Part shown: positions 12,177 through 21,050 of the stretch, piece after piece
Layout: every line of letters starts with the position of its first letter
How positions within the stretch are numbered: position 1 is the first letter of the stretch
Source of the DNA: a virus
Reading direction: 5' to 3' (one strand)
Virus record (IMG/VR): IMGVR_UViG_3300031857_000123
Location: 4,915-68,914 of that record
Length of the DNA: 64,000 bases
Notes under the pieces: generated by a model
Seen by the model: only the letters and a program-made list of their open reading frames with translations
Database searches by the model: none
Told to the model about the DNA's origin: nothing
Made by a program: the position numbers and the translations under genes

Positions 12177-12632
12177 ATGCACGCACTTATTGAAAACGGG
12201 GCTGTCAAGCAGTATCCATACAGCATTGAGCAGTTGAAAAAAGCCAATCCTGCTACCAGCTTTCCAAAAAATCCTAGCGACACGCTGCTGGCATCGTTTG
12301 GCGTGGAACGCGTGTTTTTTTCTACGCAGCCCAGCCTTACTGACACGCAGGTCCTAGAAGAAGGTAGCCCAGTGTTCAACACAGTGGACCAGCGCTGGAT
12401 CCAAGTTTGGACGGTACGTGACATGACCCCCGAGGAGATTTCAAGTCGGGAAGAGGGCCAAGCTTCCTCTGTCCGTGGACAGCGCGACAGCCTGCTAGTC
12501 CAATCAGACTGGACACAAGTTGCGGACGCGCCTGTAAACAAAGCAGCCTGGGCAGCATACCGACAAGCATTGCGTGATATTAGCACACAACCAGACTTTC
12601 CTTGGACAGTGACATGGCCTGAACAGCCTTGA
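12177..12632 (+). CDS. Tail fibre assembly chaperone
   Basis: C-terminal R..RD.LL..SDWTQ.AD.P....W..YRQALRDI..Q..FP..V.WP motif. Confidence 0.8.
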   Translation: MHALIENGAVKQYPYSIEQLKKANPATSFPKNPSDTLLASFGVERVFFSTQPSLTDTQVLEEGSPVFNTVDQRWIQVWTVRDMTPEEISSREEGQASSVRGQRDSLLVQSDWTQVADAPVNKAAWAAYRQALRDISTQPDFPWTVTWPEQP

Positions 12633-12664
12633 TATAAAATTTACCAAACACAAAAAATACTGGC

Positions 12665-12693
12665 TTGCAAAATCCAGTATTTTTTGATATAAT
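12665..12693 (+). promoter_or_regulatory. Sigma70-type promoter overlapped by a 13-bp perfect inverted repeat (12651-12686)
   Basis: TTGCAA-17 nt-TATAAT; CAAAAAATACTGG / CCAGTATTTTTTG flank the -35 box (terminator or operator). Confidence 0.65.
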
Positions 12694-12720
12694 GGTATTT
12701 TCCAACCACACAACCAACCA

Positions 12721-13776
12721 ATGAAAATCGCAGTTTACGCAATATCAAAAAATGAACAGCAATTTGTCCAACGTTTTTGCGCCAGTGCGCAAGACGCAGA
12801 TTACATAGTAATTGCTGACACAGGATCCACAGACAATACCGTAGCCCTAGCACAAGAATCAGGTGCACAAGTGCACCAAATCTCAATTCAACCCTGGCGA
12901 TTTGATCGTGCCAGAGATGCTGCACTAGCATTGGTTCCACATGATGTGGATGTGTGTATCTCCTTAGACTTAGACGAGGTCTTAGAACCTGGCTGGCGAG
13001 CCGAAATTGAACGTGTGTGGAAGTCCGATACCACACGACTGCGTTATAAATTTGACTGGGGCAGTGGTATTAGCTTCTACTACGAAAAGATTCACCATCG
13101 CCGTGGTTATCACTGGCACCACCCTTGTCATGAGTATCCAGTACCAGATGCACGCACACAAGAAGTGTGGGCACACACGGATATGTTGTTGGTAACACAC
13201 CACCCAGACAACACCAAGTCACGTGGTCAGTATCTTGATCTCCTAGAACTGGCTGTTACAGAGGACCCACATTGCCCACGCAATGCCTTTTACTACGCAC
13301 GTGAACTCAGCTTCTACCGCCGTTGGGCCGAAGCCATTGCAGCCTGTGAGCGATATTTAAAACTGCCTCGCGCAACTTGGAACAACGAACGTGCTTATGC
13401 TTATCGCGTTATGTCGGACAGCTACTGGGCATTGGGCGATGTCACCAACGCCGTCAAGCACGCCCGACTCAGCTGCTGTGAAGCACCAGGCACTCGTGAG
13501 CCTTGGGTCACACTGGCAATGTTGTCGTATCAAACTCAGCAGTGGGCCGAGTGTTACGCAAGTTGCCAACACGCACTAGCCATTGCCAACAAAGAACTTG
13601 TGTATACAATGGACCCTAAGGTGTGGGGGTCGCTGCCACATGACTTGTGCAGCATTGCAGCACACCACCTGGGTTTACAAACCGTTGCAGTCCAGCAAGT
13701 TGAGCTTGCACTGCAACACGAACCCACCAATGCCAGATTACAACAAAATTACGAGGTGTTCAAAGGAAAACCATGA
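12721..13776 (+). CDS. Glycosyltransferase family 2 with C-terminal TPR-like helices
   Basis: AISKNE, DTGSTD, FDRARD, SLDLDE, HE motifs followed by TPR-like repeats. Confidence 0.85.
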   Translation: MKIAVYAISKNEQQFVQRFCASAQDADYIVIADTGSTDNTVALAQESGAQVHQISIQPWRFDRARDAALALVPHDVDVCISLDLDEVLEPGWRAEIERVWKSDTTRLRYKFDWGSGISFYYEKIHHRRGYHWHHPCHEYPVPDARTQEVWAHTDMLLVTHHPDNTKSRGQYLDLLELAVTEDPHCPRNAFYYARELSFYRRWAEAIAACERYLKLPRATWNNERAYAYRVMSDSYWALGDVTNAVKHARLSCCEAPGTREPWVTLAMLSYQTQQWAECYASCQHALAIANKELVYTMDPKVWGSLPHDLCSIAAHHLGLQTVAVQQVELALQHEPTNARLQQNYEVFKGKP

Positions 13777-14603
13777 CAACAAAAATTTCAACAGCCAACA
13801 TTCAAACCACCTCGCTTGAACTACTACAGGGCAACAAGACCTATGCTACCTTATCCCAACTTCCGCTGGCGGGAAACGCTCAAGGATCGCTGGCATTTGT
13901 TGTTGAAAACAACAGATTATACATGTGGAATGGTACTGGCTGGTTCAATATTGCACTAATCAACACCAACCCATCGATCACTAGTGGCCCTGATGCAAAT
14001 TATCTATTTGCCAAAGACGGCACGCCAACTGTGATCACATTGATTGCTACGGATCCAGAGGGAATTCCAATTACATGGAGTTATCAGGTCACTAGCGGAT
14101 CATTAGGTAATACAGCTACTATATCTCAAGCTGACAATGTGTTTACCATCACGCCAAGTACAAACACCGATCACGAAGGTACATTCAGCATCACATTTAC
14201 AGCAAGCGATGGCGTCAATCTTGCAACAACAGCTGCTTCAACGTTTACATTAAACTTTGAGCCCAATTGGGCTTTGCCTGTTCAACAGCAAAAGATACAA
14301 GCCAGTGACGCACAAGCAGATGATCTGTTTGGATTCTCAGTGGCAATTAGTGGCGATACAGTGGTGGTTGGTGCCTATCAGGAAGACCCTAACAGCATCA
14401 GCGATGCCGGATCTGCCTACATTTTTACCAGATCAGGTAATACTTGGACACAACAAGCCAAGATACAAGCCAGTGACGCACAAGTAAATGATCTTTTTGG
14501 ATACTCAGTGGCAATTGATGTTGATACGGTAGTAGTTGGTGCCTATTCGGAAGACCCTAACAGCATCACTGGTGCCGGTGCAGTCTACATTTTTACCGCC
14601 TGA
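13773..14603 (+). CDS. Virion adhesin with Ig/cadherin-like domain and two FG-GAP repeats
   Basis: ATDPEG..ITW and FTASDG Ig motifs; two ASDAQ..D.FG.SVAI..DTVVVGAY..D....AG.VYIF repeats. Confidence 0.7.
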   Translation: MTTKISTANIQTTSLELLQGNKTYATLSQLPLAGNAQGSLAFVVENNRLYMWNGTGWFNIALINTNPSITSGPDANYLFAKDGTPTVITLIATDPEGIPITWSYQVTSGSLGNTATISQADNVFTITPSTNTDHEGTFSITFTASDGVNLATTAASTFTLNFEPNWALPVQQQKIQASDAQADDLFGFSVAISGDTVVVGAYQEDPNSISDAGSAYIFTRSGNTWTQQAKIQASDAQVNDLFGYSVAIDVDTVVVGAYSEDPNSITGAGAVYIFTA

Positions 14604-14642
14604 TGACGGTCAGATGTACTACTGGGATGAAGAGACAACTGC

Positions 14643-14684
14643 GGACGTATAAGATATGACGTATAAGATAGGACGTATAAGATA
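14643..14684. repeat. Tandem 14-bp repeat x3 (KGACGTATAAGATA)
   Basis: Read directly at 14643, 14657 and 14671. Confidence 0.9.
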
Positions 14685-14779
14685 TGACAACAAAAAATTC
14701 CAGCAACAACATTCAGGATGCTACATTGGCTACTATTGGTAGTGGCCCCAAAATCACACAGCCGTGGCAACCTGGCTGA
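14684..14779 (+). pseudogene. 5' remnant of a tail adhesin gene
   Basis: MTTKNSSNNIQDATLATIGSGPKIT resembles the N-terminus of 13773 (MTTKISTANIQ) but stops after 31 aa. Confidence 0.5.
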
Positions 14780-14796
14780 GTCTACAGAAAGCCACT

Positions 14797-15210
14797 ATGT
14801 TTTGGATTTTTAAATTTACACCAGACTTTGTCTGGTATCTACTACCAATTTTAGGCTTGGTCTCACTGGGATTAAGCCGTGTGCCTGTACTTTACATGTA
14901 CCGGACTGTGTTAAGCATTGCAGGCACTGTGGTACTAGCACTGGGATTGTACACTTTGGGAATGTTGTATGCCAACAATGCCTGGCAACAAGCTGCACAA
15001 GAACTACAGGCCAAGGTTGCGGCAGCCGAAGCTCAGTCACAAGTGGTCAACGAAGTAGTACGTGAAAAGCTGGTAACACAAACCAAGATTGTTAAACAGC
15101 GTGGCGAAACTGTGGTCAAGTACATTGACCGCGAGGTAGTTAAACTGGACGAACGTTGTACAATTCCACCAGAGTTTGTAAATGCACATAATAAGGCAGC
15201 TACACGATGA
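14797..15210 (+). CDS. Inner-membrane spanin (Rz-like)
   Basis: N-terminal TM helices, coiled coil, C-terminal C.IP.EFV.AHN motif; overlaps a lipoprotein gene and precedes the endolysin. Confidence 0.75.
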   Translation: MFWIFKFTPDFVWYLLPILGLVSLGLSRVPVLYMYRTVLSIAGTVVLALGLYTLGMLYANNAWQQAAQELQAKVAAAEAQSQVVNEVVREKLVTQTKIVKQRGETVVKYIDREVVKLDERCTIPPEFVNAHNKAATR

Positions 15211-15473
15211 AAATTATACTACTTAGCTTAACACTGTTACTAACTGGTTGCACCACAGTTGTGCCAGTTCAACAAACTTGGCCCGAGCCGCCAGGCTTGC
15301 AAAGCATGCAACGGTGTCCCGAACTCAAACAGCTTGAAGCTAACCCCAAGCTCAGTGATGTTGCCCGAACAGTTACACTCAACTACTCAGAGTACTACAG
15401 CTGCTTGGTTAAACTAGAAGCCTGGCAGGAGTGGTATAGCAAGCAACAAATTATCTTTAAAGGACTAAAGTGA
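15207..15473 (+). CDS. Outer-membrane spanin (Rz1-like lipoprotein)
   Basis: Lipobox LLTG-C, Pro-rich segment, CP..L and NY..Y..C motifs. Confidence 0.75.
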   Translation: MKIILLSLTLLLTGCTTVVPVQQTWPEPPGLQSMQRCPELKQLEANPKLSDVARTVTLNYSEYYSCLVKLEAWQEWYSKQQIIFKGLK

Positions 15474-16096
15474 CTCAACTAACTTTACCCCAACTACAGC
15501 AATTGATTCCTAAAAATCCTTATGTTAAACAGTGGCACGGTGCGCTAGCTCAGCTGCTTCCTGACTACGAAATCAATACACCACAACGTATTGCTGCTTT
15601 TGTTGCACAGTGTGCACACGAGTCTGGTAATTTTACTGCACTGCGTGAAAACTTAAACTACAAGGCGGTGACACTTCGCAAGATTTTTCCCAAGTACTTT
15701 CCCACAGATGAGCTGGCACAGCAGTATGCCAGCAGACCTGACAAGCAGCAGGCAATTGCAAACTTAGTATACGCCAACCGCATGGGCAACGGACCTCCAG
15801 AAAGTGGCGATGGCTGGCGTTTTGCTGGCAAAGGATTAATTCAGCTTACAGGCCGTGACAACTATACTTGGTTTGCAGCTAGCCTGGAGATTAGTGTTGA
15901 AGAGGCTGCTGAATACTTAGAAACCTTTGAAGGTGCTGCGCAGTCGGCTTGTTGGTTTTGGGAAACCAATAAGTTAAACACTTGGGCAGATCGCGGCGAT
16001 ATCCTTACACTAACCAAACGCATCAATGGCGGAACCATTGGACTAGAAGACCGAATTAAACATTATAACCATGCATTGCACGTGCTAGGAGCGTAA
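15470..16096 (+). CDS. Endolysin, glycoside hydrolase family 19
   Basis: AQCAHES, ENLNY, YANRMGN, DGWRF.G.GLIQLTG..NY, INGG..GL.DR. Confidence 0.93.
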   Translation: MTQLTLPQLQQLIPKNPYVKQWHGALAQLLPDYEINTPQRIAAFVAQCAHESGNFTALRENLNYKAVTLRKIFPKYFPTDELAQQYASRPDKQQAIANLVYANRMGNGPPESGDGWRFAGKGLIQLTGRDNYTWFAASLEISVEEAAEYLETFEGAAQSACWFWETNKLNTWADRGDILTLTKRINGGTIGLEDRIKHYNHALHVLGA

Positions 16097-16097
16097 T

Positions 16098-16637
16098 TTG
16101 AATTATTTAAAACAACTGGTATTAGCAGCTTGCTTTTTGGCTGGCAATGTGCTAGCACAAGATTTAGGCAGTACAGTTACCACAAACTCAAATATTATCA
16201 CACGTTCAGATAGTACTGTGCGCTCTCCTCCAGCCAGTGCAATTAGTCCCACAATCAACACAGCCAATAGTGACCTTTGTACTGTGGGTGTAGCAGGTGC
16301 TGTGCAAACTCAAATCTTGGGTATTAGTGCTGGAACTACTACCGCAGACTTAAACTGCGAACGACTAAAGCTGTCAAAAACACTGTTTGACATGGGCATG
16401 AAGGTTGCTGCTGTTAGTACCTTATGCCAAGACCGCAGAGTTTTTGATGCAATGATGATGGCAGGTACTCCTTGTCCTTATGATGGAGCAATTGGATCTG
16501 AAGCTCGTGCAGCTTGGAAAACCAACGAAGCACAACAACCTCTAGCAAATCCCAAAAGCAAAGGACTAACCGATGACACTAAAACATTGCTTGGCGGCGG
16601 CGGTTTGCTTGCTATTTTACTCTTACTCTTACTCTGA
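16098..16637 (+). CDS. Exported Cys-containing protein with C-terminal membrane anchor
   Basis: Signal peptide, SPP.SAI.P...C...NCERLKL...LCQD..V..AM..AGTPCP core, terminal LLAILLLLL. Confidence 0.6.
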   Translation: MNYLKQLVLAACFLAGNVLAQDLGSTVTTNSNIITRSDSTVRSPPASAISPTINTANSDLCTVGVAGAVQTQILGISAGTTTADLNCERLKLSKTLFDMGMKVAAVSTLCQDRRVFDAMMMAGTPCPYDGAIGSEARAAWKTNEAQQPLANPKSKGLTDDTKTLLGGGGLLAILLLLLL

Positions 16638-17436
16638 GACAGTAAACACAAGATCAAACAACGCAGCTCAGTTTGGATTAAATTGGGTAATGCAAGAAGT
16701 ATTACCACAGTACACAGGTCTAGTAGTTAATGCTGTTCAGTACTCCTATACAGCCGTTAAAAACACACAAGACCCGCTTGTGGTAAATGTTGAAAACTTG
16801 CGTGCTGGTGGTACTGGCTATGTGTTTCGTAGTCGTGATGATTGGTCTGGAATGCCTGGCAATACTATTACCAAAACAGTGGCTACTGACAGCATACCCA
16901 TTAACTTATGGGGCCCAGGACAAATACGCTTAGAAGGTGTTGGTCAGGTAACAGACCCTAATGTTAGGTATGTGTACCGATACGACACTTGTAAAATAGA
17001 GCCTGTAACTGACACAAGCTGCCCAAACTACAGACCGCCACAAACTCTCACAGGCTACACGCCCGCCGAACAGGTTATAGAGCCAACCTGGAACACTAGC
17101 CTACTAGAAACCGCCGAAGAACAAGAACGTAATCGTAAATTTTTAATTGAAAATGCAAATTTCCGTAAGCCAACCGAACCTCCTAGTCGTGGCACTAACC
17201 TACTCCTAAACGCACAAGCGCTTTCATTATGGTTTAAGCTAGATTCCCTTAATAATATACCTGGATTTGCACAGTACAGTGTATCAATGCCAGGTGGAAC
17301 ATATGCAGAAACCATAGTGCTCAAAGATAAGGTTCTGCCCGATAGCCGTAATAGCCGTAGACTTAATCAAAGCCAGCAAGAATTGCATCAAGCTATGATT
17401 AACTCTCAATTTAATCAAATAAAGGAACCTAAATGA
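16573..17436 (+). CDS. Exported protein of unknown function
   Basis: Signal-peptide-like N-terminus, beta-rich domain, C-x8-CP motif. Confidence 0.55.
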   Translation: MTLKHCLAAAVCLLFYSYSYSETVNTRSNNAAQFGLNWVMQEVLPQYTGLVVNAVQYSYTAVKNTQDPLVVNVENLRAGGTGYVFRSRDDWSGMPGNTITKTVATDSIPINLWGPGQIRLEGVGQVTDPNVRYVYRYDTCKIEPVTDTSCPNYRPPQTLTGYTPAEQVIEPTWNTSLLETAEEQERNRKFLIENANFRKPTEPPSRGTNLLLNAQALSLWFKLDSLNNIPGFAQYSVSMPGGTYAETIVLKDKVLPDSRNSRRLNQSQQELHQAMINSQFNQIKEPK

Positions 17437-17930
17437 TTAAGCAATTAACTTTATCCCTGCTACTAGTCGTTGGGCTAGCGGCTCAAAGCGCAGAAGTACC
17501 TATTCGTGGTAATGTTACTTCTAAGTGTGTTATTAACACAGATACACCAGGTGTGTATGGTAACCCAACACCTGATTTATTAAGCACTGCCCGAACAGAC
17601 GGCGGTGTTTCTCCTGTGGTACGTTACGACGTAGTACAAGGCGGCTTCTACAAAGCTACTATTACTGCACCAAGTAGCTTTACTACTAGTCCTGTGCTGG
17701 TTGATGCAGTAAACTGGACTGGTCAAGTTGATGTGAGCCGGGTAAGTGATGCAGCTATGTCAGCGTATACAACCAATAAAATTGTATACAACAACACCAC
17801 AGAAATCGACTTGGTTGTACCAGGCAGCGTTTGGTTTTCTACTACTTCAAAAGCAACCTATGGTTTTGAGAAGTCTTTTCCAGCAGGTGAGTATCGCGCA
17901 GTAGTCGTAGCGGAGTGTATTGCTAAGTAA
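17433..17930 (+). CDS. Exported fimbrial/pilin-like (spore coat U/CS1-like) protein
   Basis: Signal peptide, I.G.V..KC.I N-terminal strand, C-terminal PAGEY.A.V..EC. Confidence 0.5.
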   Translation: MIKQLTLSLLLVVGLAAQSAEVPIRGNVTSKCVINTDTPGVYGNPTPDLLSTARTDGGVSPVVRYDVVQGGFYKATITAPSSFTTSPVLVDAVNWTGQVDVSRVSDAAMSAYTTNKIVYNNTTEIDLVVPGSVWFSTTSKATYGFEKSFPAGEYRAVVVAECIAK

Positions 17931-17934
17931 CACT

Positions 17935-18321
17935 ATGCAATTTTTCCGTAACCTACTGTTAGTGCTATTTTTTCTAACTGGTGGGCTGGCCAATGCCCAC
18001 CAATTTACTCCAACTTATTTTAGTTTTGAACCTTCGTTTGTTCAAGGAGTACAGCAAGCAAAAATGGAGCTATTTAATAAACGCCGTGAGATATGGTTTT
18101 ATGAGCTAGATGTATACGACAAAGATTGGAATAAACTACCTTTTGCGGCATCTCAGGGCAAAATGGTACGCATAGAATACTTAGAAACTAAGTTTATTGA
18201 TGTGTATGTAAAAGCTCAGGACGTTGGTAGAGTTGTATATATTTGTACCGAATCTCGACTACTAAAACAGGACGCTCAAGGTACTTCAGTGTCTTCCCGA
18301 GTCTGCTCAAAATTTAAATAA
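17935..18321 (+). CDS. Exported PapD-like Ig-fold (pilus chaperone-like) protein
   Basis: Signal peptide ending ANA-H, TP...F, M.L.N strand pattern, C-terminal Cys pair. Confidence 0.4.
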   Translation: MQFFRNLLLVLFFLTGGLANAHQFTPTYFSFEPSFVQGVQQAKMELFNKRREIWFYELDVYDKDWNKLPFAASQGKMVRIEYLETKFIDVYVKAQDVGRVVYICTESRLLKQDAQGTSVSSRVCSKFK

Positions 18322-18749
18322 TGAATAAATTAAAACAATGTAGTATTGCACTGTTATTTTTCTGCGGTGTTGCTGGTGCTAATACTACCGGATCCTTGAA
18401 TCTTTCACTACCAGGCTTGCCTGGTAGTTTTCAGTCAGATAGTTTTAGAGCTAACGGTCTTGATTGTTCGATGGCTATTGGTTCTAGCACTAACCTTGAG
18501 TTTGGCGTTATTGGTCTTGTTAATCGTGATAACAATCAACAGCAGTTGAGCACTACACCGCTTGACCCACAAAAAAACGTTGGTTTATATGGCAGAATAA
18601 TCATACCAATTGGTGCGCCCAAAGAACGCCTAGACTGTAATGAGCTGTATCAGCTAGAACTAAGAAAGAAACGCATGGAGATTCAAAAACTTGAAGGTGA
18701 GATCAACAATCTCAGAAACTTGAAGTTTGAAAACACCGGCAGTAAATAG
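18321..18749 (+). CDS. Exported protein with Cys pair and C-terminal coiled coil
   Basis: Signal peptide AGA, LDC..AIG..TNLEFGV, GLYGRIIIP.G...RLDC..LY.LEL. Confidence 0.55.
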   Translation: MNKLKQCSIALLFFCGVAGANTTGSLNLSLPGLPGSFQSDSFRANGLDCSMAIGSSTNLEFGVIGLVNRDNNQQQLSTTPLDPQKNVGLYGRIIIPIGAPKERLDCNELYQLELRKKRMEIQKLEGEINNLRNLKFENTGSK

Positions 18750-18757
18750 GAGATAAT

Positions 18758-19312
18758 ATGTCTAACTTAGACAATAAAATAGATGACTTACAAGCAGCGG
18801 CTAAACAGTATGCAAGTAAAGACACAGTTATTAGCATTGGAGGTTACGAGTTTACTCCGGCTAAGCTTATGGTAGCTTTTACACTTGTTAGTTCACTACT
18901 GGGTGGCTTATACGGTACTTTTGAAGTCTACAAAGACTATCAAAGTATGAAAAAGAAAATTGCTGAGTATGCGGCTCCTGACCTAAGCGACTTTGATAAG
19001 CGCCTTGCCGTGATCGAAGAAAACTCTAGCAAAACCACTGACTATACTCGTGATATTAAAAACGACTTAAAAACTGATATTCGTCGTAACGAATCAGTAA
19101 CCGAGCAGATTGAGCGCAGTGTAAAGCAAGCACAACGTGAAACAGATCAAGACTTAAAAGTACTGGCCCGAAATGTAGAAACTTCACTGCAACGTGCGCG
19201 TGATGACATGGACAAACTAAAGCGTGAAACTGAAACCAAGGTTGAGCGCATGAATAAAAGTGTTGACGACAAAATACAAAAAGCTCTAGATAATCCACTA
19301 GCCGGAAAGTAA
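18758..19312 (+). CDS. Single-TM coiled-coil protein
   Basis: One TM segment then a long coiled coil ending KALDNPL; SD AGGAG. Confidence 0.6.
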   Translation: MSNLDNKIDDLQAAAKQYASKDTVISIGGYEFTPAKLMVAFTLVSSLLGGLYGTFEVYKDYQSMKKKIAEYAAPDLSDFDKRLAVIEENSSKTTDYTRDIKNDLKTDIRRNESVTEQIERSVKQAQRETDQDLKVLARNVETSLQRARDDMDKLKRETETKVERMNKSVDDKIQKALDNPLAGK

Positions 19313-19313
19313 T

Positions 19314-19583
19314 ATGAATGTAGATTTAAAACTATTTAAATGGCTAGGAGTGTTGCTAATACTGCCGCTTGCACTGGCATTTTTTGGAGGAGACCGTTTT
19401 CGTTATCCGTGCCAAAATCCAGAAAACTGGGATACACCACAGTGCAAGCGACCTATTTGTGATGTAACTCGCACTTGCCCAGACCACATTTTCAAAGGTC
19501 AACGTGACCCTCGCTTAGACCCTCAGGCAACGCCAGCTGCAGCCACATCCACACCAACCACAGGAGCCTCTTGTGCAAAATAA
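19314..19583 (+). CDS. Small exported Cys-rich protein
   Basis: Hydrophobic N-terminus, RYPCQ.P.NW...C..P.C....CP. Confidence 0.55.
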   Translation: MNVDLKLFKWLGVLLILPLALAFFGGDRFRYPCQNPENWDTPQCKRPICDVTRTCPDHIFKGQRDPRLDPQATPAAATSTPTTGASCAK

Positions 19584-20025
19584 CACAATTCTCTATACCG
19601 ACGAGCAACTAATGGCTCGATTAAAGTTCTTTATTGGAATATGCTTGGCACTAACACTAACAGGGATTGTTTTTGTTGTGTTATACAGTTTAATTTTCGT
19701 AACGCAACCACTAAATGCAATTAGCCCAATCGATCAAAAGTTTTTTGAACTAATCGTGCCAATTGCTACTTTTTTAACTGGTACTCTATCAGGAATTATG
19801 CTTGCAGGTGGCACCAAAGAAGAAGTTGATGCATCTATTGCACTAATGAAACAAGCGCAAGAAAATGCTGCCGCTGCCGCCAAAACCAGTTATGTGCCAC
19901 CTAAAACAGAACCTACGTTTAGCCCAGGTATTTCAACCACAGCCGGATTCAATGGCACTAGTGCAGAAGTTCGCATGATTAACGGCAAGCCAGCACCACA
20001 ACCAGCACCACAACCGGAGATTTAA
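19573..20025 (+). CDS. Two-TM membrane protein (holin candidate)
   Basis: Two hydrophobic helices and a Pro-rich tail. Confidence 0.5.
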   Translation: MQNNTILYTDEQLMARLKFFIGICLALTLTGIVFVVLYSLIFVTQPLNAISPIDQKFFELIVPIATFLTGTLSGIMLAGGTKEEVDASIALMKQAQENAAAAAKTSYVPPKTEPTFSPGISTTAGFNGTSAEVRMINGKPAPQPAPQPEI

Positions 20026-20217
20026 ATGAAAACATTAATTTTAGCCGCACTAACATTTAGCTTATTGTCGCCACCATTGGCGATCGCTGCCGAAACAAAA
20101 AAGGTATGTGTTGACCAAACGGATCCTAAAACAAAGCAAACTAAAGAAGTTTGTAAAACCATTACAGTACACAAGAAGCTGGAAGGTACAAAAGTACCTG
20201 ATAAAAAGGATAAATAA
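20026..20217 (+). CDS. Small exported basic protein
   Basis: Signal peptide AIA, one Cys pair. Confidence 0.55.
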   Translation: MKTLILAALTFSLLSPPLAIAAETKKVCVDQTDPKTKQTKEVCKTITVHKKLEGTKVPDKKDK

Positions 20218-20225
20218 ATTTTTAT

Positions 20226-20254
20226 TTGACAGTGCGCTTATCCGGTGGTATAAT
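20226..20254 (+). promoter_or_regulatory. Consensus sigma70 promoter for phoH
   Basis: TTGACA-17 nt-TATAAT, perfect consensus. Confidence 0.85.
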
Positions 20255-20293
20255 TAGTACTCCACCGGATTTTATAAACCAACAAGGAAGTAC

Positions 20294-21049
20294 ATGGCAA
20301 GAAATAGTGGTAAATCACATCGCACCTTTCCAGCAAAAAAGTCTACAAGCCCCACACAGGCTGAAAAATCTAGACTGCGTCAAAGTAAGCATGAAGGTTT
20401 TGAAGAACCTCAGCCTCAACGTAACTATACCTTTAAAGAAGTTCAACCACTAAACTTCGTACAAAGTGAGTATTTAGATGCGATTGAGAACAATGACGTT
20501 ATATTTGGAATAGGTAGTGCAGGAACTGGTAAAACATTTATTGCAGCAAACTATGCAGCTCGAGAACTATACTATAAGCGTGTTAACAAGGTTATCCTAA
20601 CCAGACCCAACATTGAAACTGGCAGAGGCCTTGGTTTTTTACCAGGCACACTAGAAGAAAAGTATGCTCCATACCTATTGCCTTTTGACTCAATTTTTAC
20701 CAAGGCACTAGGAAAAGGCTTTTATGAGTATTGTTTGCGTTCAAAAGACATTGAGCCTACTCCGCTAGGGTTTTTACGAGGAACTACATTTGACGACTGC
20801 GTTGTCTTAGTAGACGAAGCACAAAACTGTACGCGTGAGGAGATGAAAATGTTACTTTCACGTATTGGCAAGAACTGCAAGATGATTTTTTCAGGTGATA
20901 CTGAACAATCGGATATTCCAGATAGCGGCCTAGAAGACGCTGTTGACAGACTAGAAGATATTGACGGTATTGAAGTAGTTGAGTTTTTAGACGAAGACAT
21001 TGTACGAAGTAGAATGTGTAAACAAATTATTATGGCCTACAGGAACTAA
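20294..21049 (+). CDS. phoH: PhoH family ATPase
   Basis: GSAGTGKT, RP, LGFLPG, FLRG.TF, DEAQN, SRIG, GD..QSD, DIVRS. Confidence 0.95.
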   Translation: MARNSGKSHRTFPAKKSTSPTQAEKSRLRQSKHEGFEEPQPQRNYTFKEVQPLNFVQSEYLDAIENNDVIFGIGSAGTGKTFIAANYAARELYYKRVNKVILTRPNIETGRGLGFLPGTLEEKYAPYLLPFDSIFTKALGKGFYEYCLRSKDIEPTPLGFLRGTTFDDCVVLVDEAQNCTREEMKMLLSRIGKNCKMIFSGDTEQSDIPDSGLEDAVDRLEDIDGIEVVEFLDEDIVRSRMCKQIIMAYRN

Positions 21050-21050
21050 A

